Assembly (NCBI RefSeq): GCF_006345805.1
Contig: NC_043009.1
Coordinates: 51,398,001 to 51,462,000 of the forward strand
Direction: 5' to 3'
DNA from: Octopus sinensis
Taxonomy: Eukaryota
DNA length: 64,000 nucleotides
Shown here: piece by piece, positions 12,926-28,428 of the stretch
Numbering within the stretch: position 1 is the stretch's first letter
Layout of the letters: every line of letters starts with the position of its first letter
The notes under the pieces: generated by a model
The model's input: the letters and a program-made list of their open reading frames with translations, nothing else
What the model was told of the DNA's origin: nothing
The model's database searches: none
Translations under genes and position numbers: made by a program

Positions 12926-12950
12926 CAGAGATAGATACAGAGATAGATAT
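12402..12950. repeat. (ATCT)n tract followed by a complementary (AGAT)n tract
   Basis: (ATCT)n about 12402-12602; (AGAT)n about 12830-12950. Confidence 0.9.
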
Positions 12951-13670
12951 GAGTGCGTGTGTATGTGTGTATGTACATGTGTCTATTCTCCCATGCAAAC
13001 CTATACGTATGTATGAATAAACAGACACATATATATGTATATACATATATATTATATACATATATATATATGCATGTATGTATATACATATGCATTTATA
13101 TATATGTATGTTCATTCAGCTGTATGTATGTTTGCTTACACAGTATTTTTACATGAGATCTTCCTTCCTTTAATTGTTTTTTTTTTATTTCCTTTTATAG
13201 TAAATTTATTCGGTGAAAGTGTAAAAAAAATAGTCTAACACGATTTGTCACTTTATGTCTGTGTCATCGGTTGTCATAGCAATGACCTTACATTATCTTG
13301 CCGTTCAGAAAAAAAGTTTATCTACTTTAAATCACCCAACTACACATCACAGTTTCTAAACTATTCCAGACATCGATCTATGCCATTCACAGACAGATTC
13401 TAAATCAGAAAGACTTACCTACCTACCTACCTACCTACCAACCCACCGACCGACCGACCTACCTACGTACATACGTACATATATACGCACCTGTCTAACC
13501 TCCTATCTACGTACTAACCTACGTGTCTACCTGCTTACATATATTCCAACCTTCCTACCTACCTGCCTATCTACCTGCATACCTACATATCTATCTACTT
13601 ATATACATATGTACCAAAGACACTCACGTATGTATATACAATTGAATGTAATTATTTGTGTGTCCATAAG

Positions 13671-13701
<31 letters not shown>

Positions 13702-13974
13702 CATATATATTATATACATATATATTATATACATATATATATATGCATGTATGTATATACATATATATATATGCATGTATGTATATACATATATATTATA
13801 TATATATATATATATACATTAATAAAGTGAGAGAAAGAAAGTGAGAGAGACAGACAGACCGAAAAATATAGATAGATACCTACTTACATATGTACATACA
13901 CATACATGTTTTTGGAACTTAAAAATTTAAACAGACGCCAAGTAAAAACACAACTCGCTGCATCTTGTTATATG

Positions 13975-14123
13975 AGACCACAAGGAAAAAAAGTATGTTC
14001 TCTTGTTGAAAACAGTTTCCCCCTGGACACCAATATGGTTAGAAAAATACAAGGGAAAAAGGACATGTATCGATCGGCATGTAAATCAAGTACCGGAGAT
14101 GCAATTTCGATTTCATACCTTTA

Positions 14124-14169
<46 letters not shown>

Positions 14170-14335
14170 TATTATTATTATTATTGGAGCAACATTATAT
14201 ACACCAAAGGTATGGGGCACAGTATGGCTGAAATTGGGTTCTTGGTGAGAGAATGCAAATCCTAATTCATATAGTACAAATGATTACTGTATCTGGAACA
14301 ATAAAAATCTGCAAGATGTTCAGAAGATTCACAGA
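13975..14335 (+). mobile_element. Non-LTR retrotransposon restriction-like endonuclease (RLE) C-terminal fragment, R4/Dong-like, split by (ATT)n
   Basis: KKVCSLVENSFPLDTNMVRKIQGKKDMY resembles the LIEVS.P.D.N...K..EK..KY RLE motif. It continues EMQFRF-IPL-(I)n-GA and VQMITVSGTIKICKMF with frameshifts. Confidence 0.5.
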
Positions 14336-14769
14336 ACGACGAACGAAACCAGATGTTTCATGTCACAAAATTATTGCCAAACAAGTAGCCGGTCAAAATT
14401 TATTCTAAGTTAAATAGATAAAGAGAACATGTGTGTGTAAGTATGAGTGTGTGTGTGCTTGCTTGTGCCTGTGTGTAAAACCATTTATCGCACCTTGCAC
14501 CAGTTCACTCAGCTGTCAACGACCATTGAAAAATAATGTCTTGCTCGACTAGCCAACGGGTTGATATCATTCGAAAGCTAGAAGAATGCGAGGAAGTGCC
14601 TTGTCACCGGCGGTGTATGACAACATCCGCTAGTCTGGCCGATAATGTGACATAGTGATATGTATTCGTCTAAATATACACAGAGTGCAGGAGATATTTG
14701 AAGACATATTTAGTAATTTATTAAAATTACTTTAATCAAACTAAGCTAAATGGATTTTAATAAAAAAGA

Positions 14770-15060
14770 ATGTGCATGTATTCTCGATAAACTTTCTTTT
14801 AAGATTACTTATGGATTCGCCTTATCTTCGACGACTATCTTAAATGCATCGGAGTCATTCACACGACCGCATTGAATGTTCCTTATTTTTTCCGGACATC
14901 ACCTAGCGAATGGCCGCCTTTATGGCAGATATTGTATTTTGGAGGTGTAGAATGCACATCTCCAACCGGCAATATTGTTCTGCCACATGAAGGGTAGTAA
15001 TTCTATTAACACAGACATAAGTGAGCAAATCCGGTGAAAGTTTGCTTGACTCAACAGTAT
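14770..15060 (-). mobile_element. Decayed maT/Tc1-like transposase C-terminus
   Basis: Minus frame SPDL...QNTISAIKAAIR*VMSGKNKEHSMRSC resembles the SPDLNP...HNT..SLKAAI...M..M.KE...RAC end of DD37D transposases. Confidence 0.4.
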
Positions 15061-16089
15061 ATAACAACCCTTGGATCCGAGATATATTATTTCCTCTTTA
15101 CCCCCTGAACTACAACGACTATAGTTGCCTCTACTTCTCGAATGTCTTTGATCTGGTACCATGTTTATTTCATTAGGCCCGTGTCCCATGTTTTCCTCCA
15201 TTGCGTAACCCATGTTTCGCAACCAGTACTGAGGATTGACTGTTAAGTACACACACACACACACTTGTACAAATGAATATACGTATATATGCATATATAT
15301 GTATATATATATACATACCATTATACATAACCATACATGTGCGTATATATGTGTGTGTGTGAAAAGGTAACGTTCAATTTATCCTTTACTTTAGAGGGTT
15401 CCAAAGGGACGATTTGTAACAAAGATTCTTCATATTTCGTTGGTAGCTTACTGGCGTAAGATTTTTGCGAGTATGAAGTTATTACATGTATATGGTAAGT
15501 GATGAGAATTTATAGAAAGGCATCCTATAGAAACCCAAAAGACTGTTAAAGATGGAGAAGAGATGCATACGATCGTTTGGAACAGCAATATTATCATGTA
15601 AATAACATGGTAAAATAATTAGAAATTGATTAAATTAAATTAAATAATTACATATTTCTGTTCTCCTCAGTACAGAAAAAGAATGCATGGAAAGATTATT
15701 ATTATTGTTACAAAAGACTTGATGGAAGAAGTAGCAAATAACTTATAGGATATACATATTTTATCCTTATGGAAGATCATGAGCATACTCAAAAAAGGGT
15801 GTTGTTGAGTCTAGTTGTTAAAGAACTAAAACACGCGTTCATGCATTGTTCTTCTGCACTGAGGAGAACAGTAATGATTAATTAAGTAAATTCAATTTAA
15901 TTAATTCCTAATTATTCTACTATGTTATTTACATGTTCATATTGCTGTTAGAAACGATGGCTTGCATGTATTAAAATTCTTTTTTCTTTAATTTGAAATT
16001 TTCTTCTCCATTTTTAATAGTCTGTTGCGTTTCTATGGGATATCTTTCCATAAATTCTCATCTCATACCTGATATATATATATATATGT

Positions 16090-16158
<69 letters not shown>

Positions 16159-16861
16159 TGTTATATAAACTTAGGTAACCTTAGATATGTTTCGACCAAA
16201 GATTCGGCCAGGTCATGTCTAAAATAATAGCACCACATGATATATAATGTGTAATAATGAAAGGAAACGAAATATTGATATTTTGAAAGCATTTAATGCT
16301 ACGCTTCATATCAGGATGCGAAACTTTTTACACAAGATTTTCACTGAATATATTTCACGTATTAAATGTTTTTAAACTATCTTTATCTTATTTGATTTTA
16401 TTGTTACAAATTAAATGTCAACCTTCTGTCCTGGTCATCGTCTCCCTGTTATTTCTCACTTACGCAGATGTACTGGCAGATGTTGGCCTATAGCATTTTC
16501 AGAAGAACAATGAGAAGGTCGATCTGTATTGACTCGAAGGCAGTGTTGCAATTTGCAGATGTCGTATATCTGAACCCAATAAGTGAACGAATAGCTGGTC
16601 TATATAATCTAAGCCTTACTATTCACCTCATGGAATTGCCTTGATGAATTACCTTCTCAATAATTACAAACATCCTCAAAACCATAAGAGGACTATTTAT
16701 CAAGATTCATATTTTAAAATTTACATATTTTATGATACGTATGTAGATACCCATTATAAGACTTACCATGGTATACATGAAATTTTTTGTTACAAATTTA
16801 TCAGTCCAAGACACTTAATGAAACATATTATGAAGCAACTTATGAATTTCATACTACATAA

Positions 16862-17062
16862 TCCTTTCCACTATAGGCACAAGGCCTGGAATTTGGGTGA
16901 GGAGGGGCCAGACGATTAGATCGACCTCAATACGCTACTGGTATTTCATTTAACGACCGCAAAAGGATAAAAGGCAAAGTCGATCGCGGCGGAATTTGAA
17001 CTCAGAAAGTAGCGACGGGCGAAATACCGCTAAGCATTTCGTCCATCGTAATAACGATTCTG
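16862..17062 (-). mobile_element. S4 SINE
   Basis: ggggccagacgattagatcgacc...ggcaaagtcgatcgcggcggaatttgaactcagaa...gaaataccgctaagcatttc. Confidence 0.8.
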
Positions 17063-17915
17063 ACGTGTGCTACTGCGAAGTGCAAGTGCAAGAGCGATGC
17101 CCTCATGCACTCAGTAAAGTTTCTCAAACGCAATTAATCATCTGTGTTCTTCAAAGAGGCTGTCTCTACACGAGTCCTTCACAAATGGCAATTATTCTAT
17201 GTAAGGAAGTAGGAGATAGTTTATCAATGTCCCCACTACATGAAAGATATTAGGACGCGAGAGTGTGCGAGTTCAGTGTATAATTGAATCTTTGCCTCAA
17301 CACCAAATATGTCAACGATATTGTAGCGTTGGACGTTGGTTACTCACATTGATTATCAACATTCAACTAAGATCTGCTAATGAAGGGAAAACTGTCCCAT
17401 CACACGGAACTACATATTACAAATTTTCAAAACATCGATGAGGAGCCAAGATCAGAAAGAAAATAGACACTGGACGATGATATATGAAAACTAAAGCAAA
17501 AGTAAGATGTAAACAGTGACGATACAGAAGCACACACAAACAGACATACACACATACACAAACACATACACAAAAAACTAAACACATATATAATGTGAAG
17601 TGAGTATGACTTAACATCGCAGCATCATGTTGATGCACAAAACCGATGCAAGAAGGAAGAGAAATAGGAAGGCGAAGTGTTCAGCACGTCAGCACGATAA
17701 TAGAAACGAAGGCAAACAAATGCAGCGATGGATAAGAAAAATACGGAAAACAAAATAGATGGAAGTGTGTGAATATTTGTGTGCACGTGTACGTATAAGT
17801 GCGTAGGTGATCGTGTCTAAATTTGTGAACATATTTCCGTTTATTTTTATTTTTCACCAAAAACTGCGAACGCATTACAATCGTTGGAGATATCTTGCCT
17901 CACAGTTATACCAGG

Positions 17916-20778
<2,863 letters not shown>

Positions 20779-21009
20779 GTGTGTGTGAGAGTGATCACAC
20801 GTGTTTACTGTTGTATATGGAATAATAAAACAGAAAAAAAATGAGAACCCATACACTTCACACATAAACAGACAGATATATCTCTATAGACACACATACA
20901 TTGATGCACGCGGGCACACATACATACATGGATACCTATTATTATAGACTCGTACATACATGCACACATATCACCGTGCTCATATATAGTTGAACAAATA
21001 CGTAAATGA

Positions 21010-21125
<116 letters not shown>

Positions 21126-21518
21126 AATCTATCTATCTTTATCTCTGCATCTATTTCTGTCTGTCTCGCTAGCTCGCAATCGTTATCTCTCTTCCTCTGT
21201 CCCATTATGACCCTCAATTTTCTCACACTGTTCCTCGTATATGTGTGTATGCGTGTTTTTTATAGCTGGTCATCCTACAGGATACTATTTTATTGAAATA
21301 TAATAATTCATAACGTAAGGCAGTATGATTGATTTTATTCTAAAGACTGTTTATGGATAAGTGATTTTATATGTTTTGGAGTTAAATATCAGGCTTATCA
21401 TGGTTTCTTTGTAAAACCATGCAGGTAAGAGTAGTCCCATATCCTTTCGTCTGTAGCTACTCAAAAGTTTATGAACATCATATACGATAACTGGGATTAA
21501 AATAGCCCTTGTTACGAG

Positions 21519-23028
21519 TGCCTAAAGACGAACCAATTACACTTATATTTCATTCATAGTCGTGAAATTGACAAGATTGTGTCATGTGACATTATGATCA
21601 GCAGTTTTTTCAGAATAGCTAACAATAGAAAAATAGCTTACCATATACACTCGCGGACAGGTGGCATTATTTTATTTTACTAAAAATTGCGAGAAAAATC
21701 AAGGGTGTGACCTATCCAGTCAGCATCACTGTGAGGCGGCGAGCTGCCAGAAACGTTAGCATGCGGGCCAAATGCTTAGCGGTATTTCGTCTGTCTTTAC
21801 GTTCTGAATTCAAATTCCGCCGAGGTCGACTTTGCTTTTCATCCTTTCGAGGTCGAGAAATTAAGTACCAGTTACGTACTGGGGTCGATCTAATCGACTG
21901 GCCCCCTCCCATAAAATTTCAGACCTTGTGCCTAGAGTAGAAAAGAATATTTGCAAGCAAAGTTTTGAAATAAAGGTGAATATTTGATAATATCTAACAG
22001 ATATTAATCATATTTATGTTATAATAGGTCCACCGTAACTCCCCAGATTATAGTGTGATCTATCAGCGTGTCAAACGCAAATAACTACTTAGACAATACC
22101 AAACTAAGGGCGTGACATATCCAGTGGGGCGACCAATCCACGAGTATATACGGCACATGTTTCTGTACGAATAGCCATATGTTGTTTACAATTATGCGAG
22201 AGAATGTTATCACTTCTATCATGTTTCTATTCGATCTACTACGCGATGTTACTGCTTAAACACTTGTGCCTATATTTTTTGACAGGCATTCTTTTTTCTT
22301 ATTTGCCACTATTTCATGTGTTGCGTTTTCGGACGAAAGCTAGATGGATAAATTACAAATGTTAGTTATATTTTGTTGCAATTGTAAATGTTCTCTTCAT
22401 CAGTGAGATCTGATGCTAGGTTGAATTTGTTGCTTGTGAATACTGAGTCAGTTCCTCAGCGGAAGGTTCGTTTGAACTGTTTTGTCATCATTCCTAAAAT
22501 TATATTTCGTGACAAAAATTATAATTTTCACGAACGTGTGCTCCAATCAAGCTCATCAAGATAGCCACACATTTTGGCAATTTGCTTTGTGATTTTGTGG
22601 ACCTCGAAAGGATGAAAAGCAAAGTCGACCTCGGCGGAATTTGAACTCAGAACGTAAAGACAGACGAAATACCGCTAAGCATTTGGCCCGCATGCTAACG
22701 TTTCTGGCAGCTCGCCGCCTTGCTTTGCTTACAAATATTAAAACATTTTTGCGGAAATGACTTTTTGAAAGTAGTCTAATGGATAAATCAATTCGACTGA
22801 TGCACCGTCATCTACTTCACCTCACAGTGATGCTGACTGGATAGGTCACACCCTTGATTTTTCTCGCAATTTTTAGTAAAATAAAATGGTGCCACCTTTC
22901 CGCGAGTGTATATGGTAAGCTATTTTTCTATTGTTAGCTATTCTGAAAAAAACTGCTGATCATGACACAATGTTGTCAATTTCACGACTATAAATGCAAT
23001 ATAAGTGTAATTGGTTCGTCTTTAGGCA
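21519..23028. repeat. Long inverted duplication (left arm 21519-21854; right arm 22600-23028 with a 99-bp interruption)
   Basis: tgcctaaagacgaaccaattacac...cactgtgagg plus the S4 5' part is mirrored by gacctcgaaagg...cgccgcct (22600-22720) and cctcacagtg...tctttaggca (22820-23028). Confidence 0.9.
21734..21950 (+). mobile_element. S4 SINE, full length
   Basis: aggcggcgagctgccagaaacgttagc...aattcaaattccgccgaggtcgac...tctaatcgactggcccc...cctagagtagaaaag. Confidence 0.85.
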
Positions 23029-23959
23029 ATAGTAAAAAATATTTTAGAGAATGCTTTTGATTATTTTACCTATTTCCAATGTTTTTTTCAGTGATGGTAT
23101 GTTTTCGTGGATGATATTTTGTATCGATATATTTGTGTTGTGTGTTATGATGTAATGTAATGCATTTGCTGCATTTCAATCGATATTTGTCCTTCGTATT
23201 TCTTGGCTCTTTTCTGTGATCAATTAACCGTTTTGACTCTCAAGTAGTATATGTTTTAGTTGTTGGACTCTTTTATGGCATGACGAAATCCTCGCTGTTT
23301 CGTGTAAACTTCGTTGCCATCGCAGTTCCAGATACTTGTTTGCAAATTCTGCCATCAAAGTTGAAAATATCCTCCTTGAATTTCATTGGAGAACTTTATT
23401 TGTTTATATATATCTTCTGTTGTGACGTAAATTACTCGTTGCATTTGAATTGTTTTTACGTTCTTTGTAAAACTTTAACGTGTATTGCGTCCGTTTGTTT
23501 TATTCTGTTATCAGTTAACGTTGTCGGGTACTTTCCAAAGTAGGATTTATATTAATTATTGCAATCTATTATTTATACTTTCAAAATTCAAGACAATTAA
23601 GATATATTTCGTACCTGAATTAATGTTACATTTATTTTGGGATGCTTTAGGTGGCAAAGAGTAAAAAGTAAGTATGGTTTAAAGCTTATCAGTTTGAAGT
23701 GGATTTCCATTTTGACGTTTGTTTGATTTTAAGTGCATTCCATTATGAAAAGAATATTTTTAAATTAAAATTATTAAGCACGCTGCTCAGGTCCGTGGAT
23801 CTACAGTTTGAGGCATACATGCTAATAACATTTTCATCTTTAATGATGTCACATTTTAGAGATTTTAGAATCTACTGTCACATTTTACTCTAAAGTGTTC
23901 CTATATTTACACGGTAAAGTTTACGATGACTAACTAGTCGTAATTCAGCCCTTAACTCC

Positions 23960-24166
23960 TGTCTGTTTTAATACGCCTTAAGTGGGATTGGTTTCTCTAT
24001 ACTGCGGCCCTGAGAAGAGCCACGTACCCCTTTCCGGCTGGGTACACTGGCGAGCGCTCGAACGACCCAGTCATAAGAGTTCTTTTTCCTCACGGTGCCA
24101 GCGAGATTCAAACCCGGATCGCCGGCTCCAGAAGCGCAGGCCTACCCGAATATGCCAATCTGGGAC
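23960..24166 (-). mobile_element. Low-copy SINE with a tRNA-Gln(CTG)-like head (24094-24166)
   Basis: Minus strand folds as acceptor gtcccag/ctggcac (6 of 7 bp), anticodon loop TT-CTG-GA and T-arm cggg-TTTGAAT-ctcg. It is followed by gccagtgtacccagc...ggggtac, similar to conserved SINE central domains. Confidence 0.5.
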
Positions 24167-24503
24167 TCGCTTGAATTGGGGCAGATTAAGCCTTATGAAG
24201 TTGGCCTTTGATCCTCCTAGACCAGATCCAATTTGAATCCTTCTCTGCCGCTTCTCTCAAGGCCCTCAAGATTCTAGTCCTGCTTCTTCCAGAGATGGAC
24301 AGCTGTTTCATGAGGCTGTAGGCAGATGAGCCTACATATCTACTGACGCACAGTTAGTTCGATGAGGAGGATCTCCTTGGCATTCTGGGAGTAGAGCACT
24401 ATTTCGGGTCTCGAGCCGGTCTTCTTGGTGACCTCTGAGTATTCATTCCACTCTGGGAGATCTGCAGCGCATTCCCAATCATCTGCTTCGCTAAGCAAGC
24501 CTT
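24167..24503 (-). mobile_element. Hero/NeSL-like non-LTR retrotransposon 3' end (RLE endonuclease), internally deleted
   Basis: [17 protein letters not shown]...[23 protein letters not shown], then VGSSAYSLMKQLSISGRSRTRILRALREAAEKG-NWIWSRR; typical RPD....S...K.I.LIELTV and EAAE.AS.W.W motifs. Confidence 0.75.
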
Positions 24504-24613
24504 GTACACGTATACATATATCTATATATACATACATATATACACAAACATACGTGTATATGTATATACATGCCATAATACATGCATATGTACATGTGAG
24601 TGCATATATACAT

Positions 24614-24659
<46 letters not shown>

Positions 24660-24692
24660 TATATATGTATGTATGTATATATATATATACAT

Positions 24693-24737
<45 letters not shown>

Positions 24738-25207
24738 GTATGTATGTATATATATATATATACATACAACACACGCACACACACATACACACATGGTTGA
24801 TATTGTGCTAAACTGTTGTATGTCCAAATTTGACCAAATCCGTTTTTGTTTTTTTTTTTTTCAATATTAATTTTGCTTTCAATAGCTGGTTCTTTTGGTA
24901 AAACTATCGTATCTCCAGTTGCATCAGATGAGCATTTCCAAAGTGTAGTACAATTGCCTCGCATTTTTTGAAAGTGTATTAAGGCCCACTTTCGACAGTT
25001 TTGCAAAAATATTTCTGACTGAAAATATCATACATGCATGGAGTTGCAATTTTATGCACCCAATAAAGTATTATTGCTAAGCTTGAAAACGTTGCTAATG
25101 CAAAAAGAAAATGGAATGGTGAAACTTTTTTTTCGCTTTCTGAAAATGCAACGTTTAGGTCTTAAAACACCTTTGCAAAATAGCAAAGTTATACATATAC
25201 ATACATT

Positions 25208-25257
<50 letters not shown>

Positions 25258-25258
<1 letters not shown>

Positions 25259-25800
25259 TGATAACCATTTCCAAAGAAACATAAATTTCTACAGATCTTA
25301 TACACAAACAATAAAAGACCTACAAAAATGATCAAATTTATAACCACCAATAAAAAAAACCCTAATATTTCCAGGATTTTTAGACAATGTACATGAATCT
25401 TAAGTGTCCCTTCATTATAACCGAAAACATTACCGATTAGGGGTCCCTGACACACAAAAAAGAACAATTCTAGACACAGGTAGCCTCAGGATATCTAAAT
25501 CTAAGAAGGAACACTATTACTATTGTAAACTATATAGAAACAGAAAAATTATGAACGCAAACAAAAGCAACAACACACTGAGAGCTTTATAAGATCACTT
25601 TTCTCTCAGATCCTGTCAATACCAGGAGGGTCAAATCAAAATATTAGAAACCGAAGATAATCGATCTCTTATATAAAAATCTTTCAAACACGACAAATTC
25701 CAATCTTCACAGAAATTCAGAATCACACCAATTTCACAATATACTAAATTCAATGACATAGAGGACAATAACCTTCAGTTCTGTAGAAAATTATGTTTAA
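25258..25800 (+). mobile_element. Decayed Penelope-like element, region before and within GIY-YIG
   Basis: Starts at a (TA)n edge. PFPKKHKFLQILYTNN...MIKFITTNKK...RQCT*, KCP and KEHYYYCKLYRNRKIMNA match the HFP..HK..KIFN...M..II..HNKK...CNC...CP...RYYNH..SF.N layout of PLE EN regions. Confidence 0.45.
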
Positions 25801-26315
25801 TAGGGAGAAATCACAAAGAAAATACTAACGTAACGATTGTACCGAATAAAAGCAATTACAAACCGGCAAACGGTAGGAACAAAGCATTAGATAAATTTTG
25901 TAATTTTACGTTCGAATTTCCTTTTAACTTCTTTCCGTTTTCACACACATACACTCGGGAGCACACACACACACGCAGACATATACATGTACATATAGAC
26001 GCTCACATAACCAGACACTAACACGTATGTGTATGTTACCGGATATGCATAATGTCAGCTGTAGTGTAGCTGGCTCTTACAGGTTTTGATGATCATCTCA
26101 AAAGCACGCTTTAACCAAAAGAATTCAAAACTATTACTCAAATATTTTTTTTGATAACCAATGTTCAAACTTGTAAATAGATAAATTAGTTAATTAGTTG
26201 TTAATAAGTAATTAATTAGTTTTTTTGTTACAGCTGGAAAACAAATGTAGAAAAAAATTAAATGCATTTCTACGGATATAACTGGAATTAATGACTAGTA
26301 AACACAAGCAAGTGC

Positions 26316-26550
26316 AGGCGCGTGGCTTAGTGATTAGGGTGTTGAACTCATTATTGTAAGGTTGTGGTTTCGATTCCTGGACCGGGTGATGTGTTGTGTT
26401 CTTGAGCAAAACACTTCATTTCACATTGCTCCAGTCCACTCGGCTGGCGAAAATAAGCAATCCTGCGACGTACAGGCATCCTGTCCAGGTGGGGAATTTC
26501 TACGCCACTGAAACCGGAAAACCGGCCCTTATGAGCCTGGCATGACTCGA
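26316..26550 (+). mobile_element. S3 SINE (tail type 2)
   Basis: aggcgcgtggcttagtgattagg head; tail cctgcgacgtacaggcatcctgtccagg...gaaaccggaaaaccggccc. Confidence 0.85.
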
Positions 26551-26564
26551 GAAAGAACATTTTC

Positions 26565-26806
26565 GGAGGCGCAATGGCCCAGTGGTTAAGGAAGCTGACT
26601 CGCGGTCGGATGATCGCCGTTTCGATTCCCAGACCGGGTGTTGTGTATGTTTCTTGAGCGAAAACACCTAAAAGCTCCACGAGGTTCCGGCAGGAGGTGG
26701 TGGCGACCCCTGTTATACTCTTTCGCCACACATTTCTCTCACTCTCTCTTCATATTTCTTTAGTAACGCTGCGATGGACTGGCAAATACGCCACAGAAAC
26801 CGGGAA
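26565..26806 (+). mobile_element. S2 SINE (tail type 2, shortened)
   Basis: ggaggcgcaatggcccagtggttaagg head; gtaacgctgcgatggactggc...cacagaaaccgggaaa tail. Confidence 0.85.
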
Positions 26807-26839
26807 AAATATATTGTTAACTAATTTTTATATTTTTTA

Positions 26840-27321
26840 TCTTTTACTCGTTTCAGTTATTAGATGGCAGTCATGCTGGGACACCGCCTTGAATAATTTT
26901 TAGGCGAATATATCGACGCAAATATTTAGTTTTATACATTCATTATATAGGTGTCTTAGGCTAAACCGCTAAGTTAGGAGACGTAAACAACACAGCAAAG
27001 GTTGTCAAAAGTTGGTGAGGAACAAACACAGACAGAAACACACACACACACACTCAAGCACACACACATACACGCGCACACACACACATGTGCACGCGCA
27101 CACACACACATACACACACTTATACACAGACACACTCACACGTGTATATATTATTATAATATATATATATATAGAGGGCATAATTATACATACATGCCAG
27201 GAGGCATTATATATACATGCCAAACGCTAGGAGGGACAATCAGTCATTTCTTGTTAAGTTTTCCTTATTAAGTAGTTGTCCTTAATTGCAAAATTTATAT
27301 ATATATATATTATATATAATT

Positions 27322-27373
<52 letters not shown>

Positions 27374-27525
27374 AGGGGCTTCTTTCAGTTTCCGGCTATC
27401 AAATGCAGTTACACGTCTTTGGTCTTCACGTTGCTATAGTAAAATACACTTCCCGAAGTTACCACGCAGAGGGACTGAACCCTGAAGCATGTGATTGGGA
27501 AACAATCTGCTTAATACACAGCCTA
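26840..27525 (-). mobile_element. Old S1 SINE; tail and head separated by expanded microsatellites
   Basis: Tail remnant ~26840-27015; head remnant cttctttcagtttccggcta...gggactgaacc...atacacagcc ~27372-27525. Confidence 0.6.
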
Positions 27526-27841
27526 GGCATAATGGAATGAAATATTGGGCATAAGATTACCTATTTTACGGGGAGAGCGTGACGATTTCATTGACTCAGC
27601 GCTTAACTAAAACTTATCTTGTTGACCGCGAAATGAGGAAAGGAGAGTTGATCTCAGCGACTTTCTAAATTAGAAAATAAAGAGCTATAATCAGAAAGTA
27701 AAGAGATATTGTCCAGCAACGTGTATATTCTGCAAGCGCATATATATATATACATATATTATATATATATATATATATATAAAACATTATTGGTGAATTG
27801 AAGAAATGGAGCTGAACGCAGATTGAACAGAAATCGTTTTA

Positions 27842-27931
27842 TTTCATTCTACACGTGTTTCGAAAGGCACAAATTACCAAAATCCGATTGAATAATGGGA
27901 CCATATTGTGTCTTTCTCTTCAGGAAGAAAA
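27842..27931 (-). ncRNA. Type I hammerhead ribozyme with canonical core
   Basis: uuuucuuc CUGAAGA GAAAG[45 nt]CUUUC GAAA CACGUG U A gaaugaaa: 5-bp helix II, palindromic helix III (ACACGUGU), GUA triplet, helix I gaa.gaaa/uuuu.uuc. Confidence 0.75.
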
Positions 27932-28132
27932 AAGGAAATCCGTTGGAAAAAAAAAACAGACCAGAGGCAGAGCAAAAAACAAATCGAACTGTGCTCCTAA
28001 GAGCCCATGGCGAAACTGTTTATCAGGTAAAATAGGTAACTGATAAACAGTTTCGCCATGGGCTCTTAGGAGAACAGTTCGTTTTTTTTGCTCTGCCTCT
28101 GTTCTGTTTTTGTTTTTCCAACGGATTTCCTT

Positions 28133-28220
28133 TTTTCTTCCTGAAGAGAAAGACACAATATGGTCCCATTATTCAATCGGATTTGGTAATTTGTGCCTTT
28201 CGAAACACGTGTGAATGAAT
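28133..28220 (+). ncRNA. Mirror-arm hammerhead copy lacking the cleavage-site A
   Basis: CTGAAGA 28141-47, GAAAG 28148-52, CTTTC 28197-201, GAAA 28202-05, then CACGTGT-G. The triplet is GUG, so it is predicted inactive unless this is a sequencing error. Confidence 0.55.
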
Positions 28221-28428
28221 GAATAAAACGATTTCTGTTCAATCTGCGTTCAGCTCCATTCTTCAATTCACCAATATGTTTTAATTTCAATTATCCGCAC
28301 CAACGCACGGTTGCAACGCCAGATGGTTGTACCTCCAACCGTGCTGTTCACTGCTGTGATTTTTGCTACTAAGGTATCGGTTAAACTTTTGATAATCCAC
28401 TACAAGATTATTCATCTTTCTATTTCAC

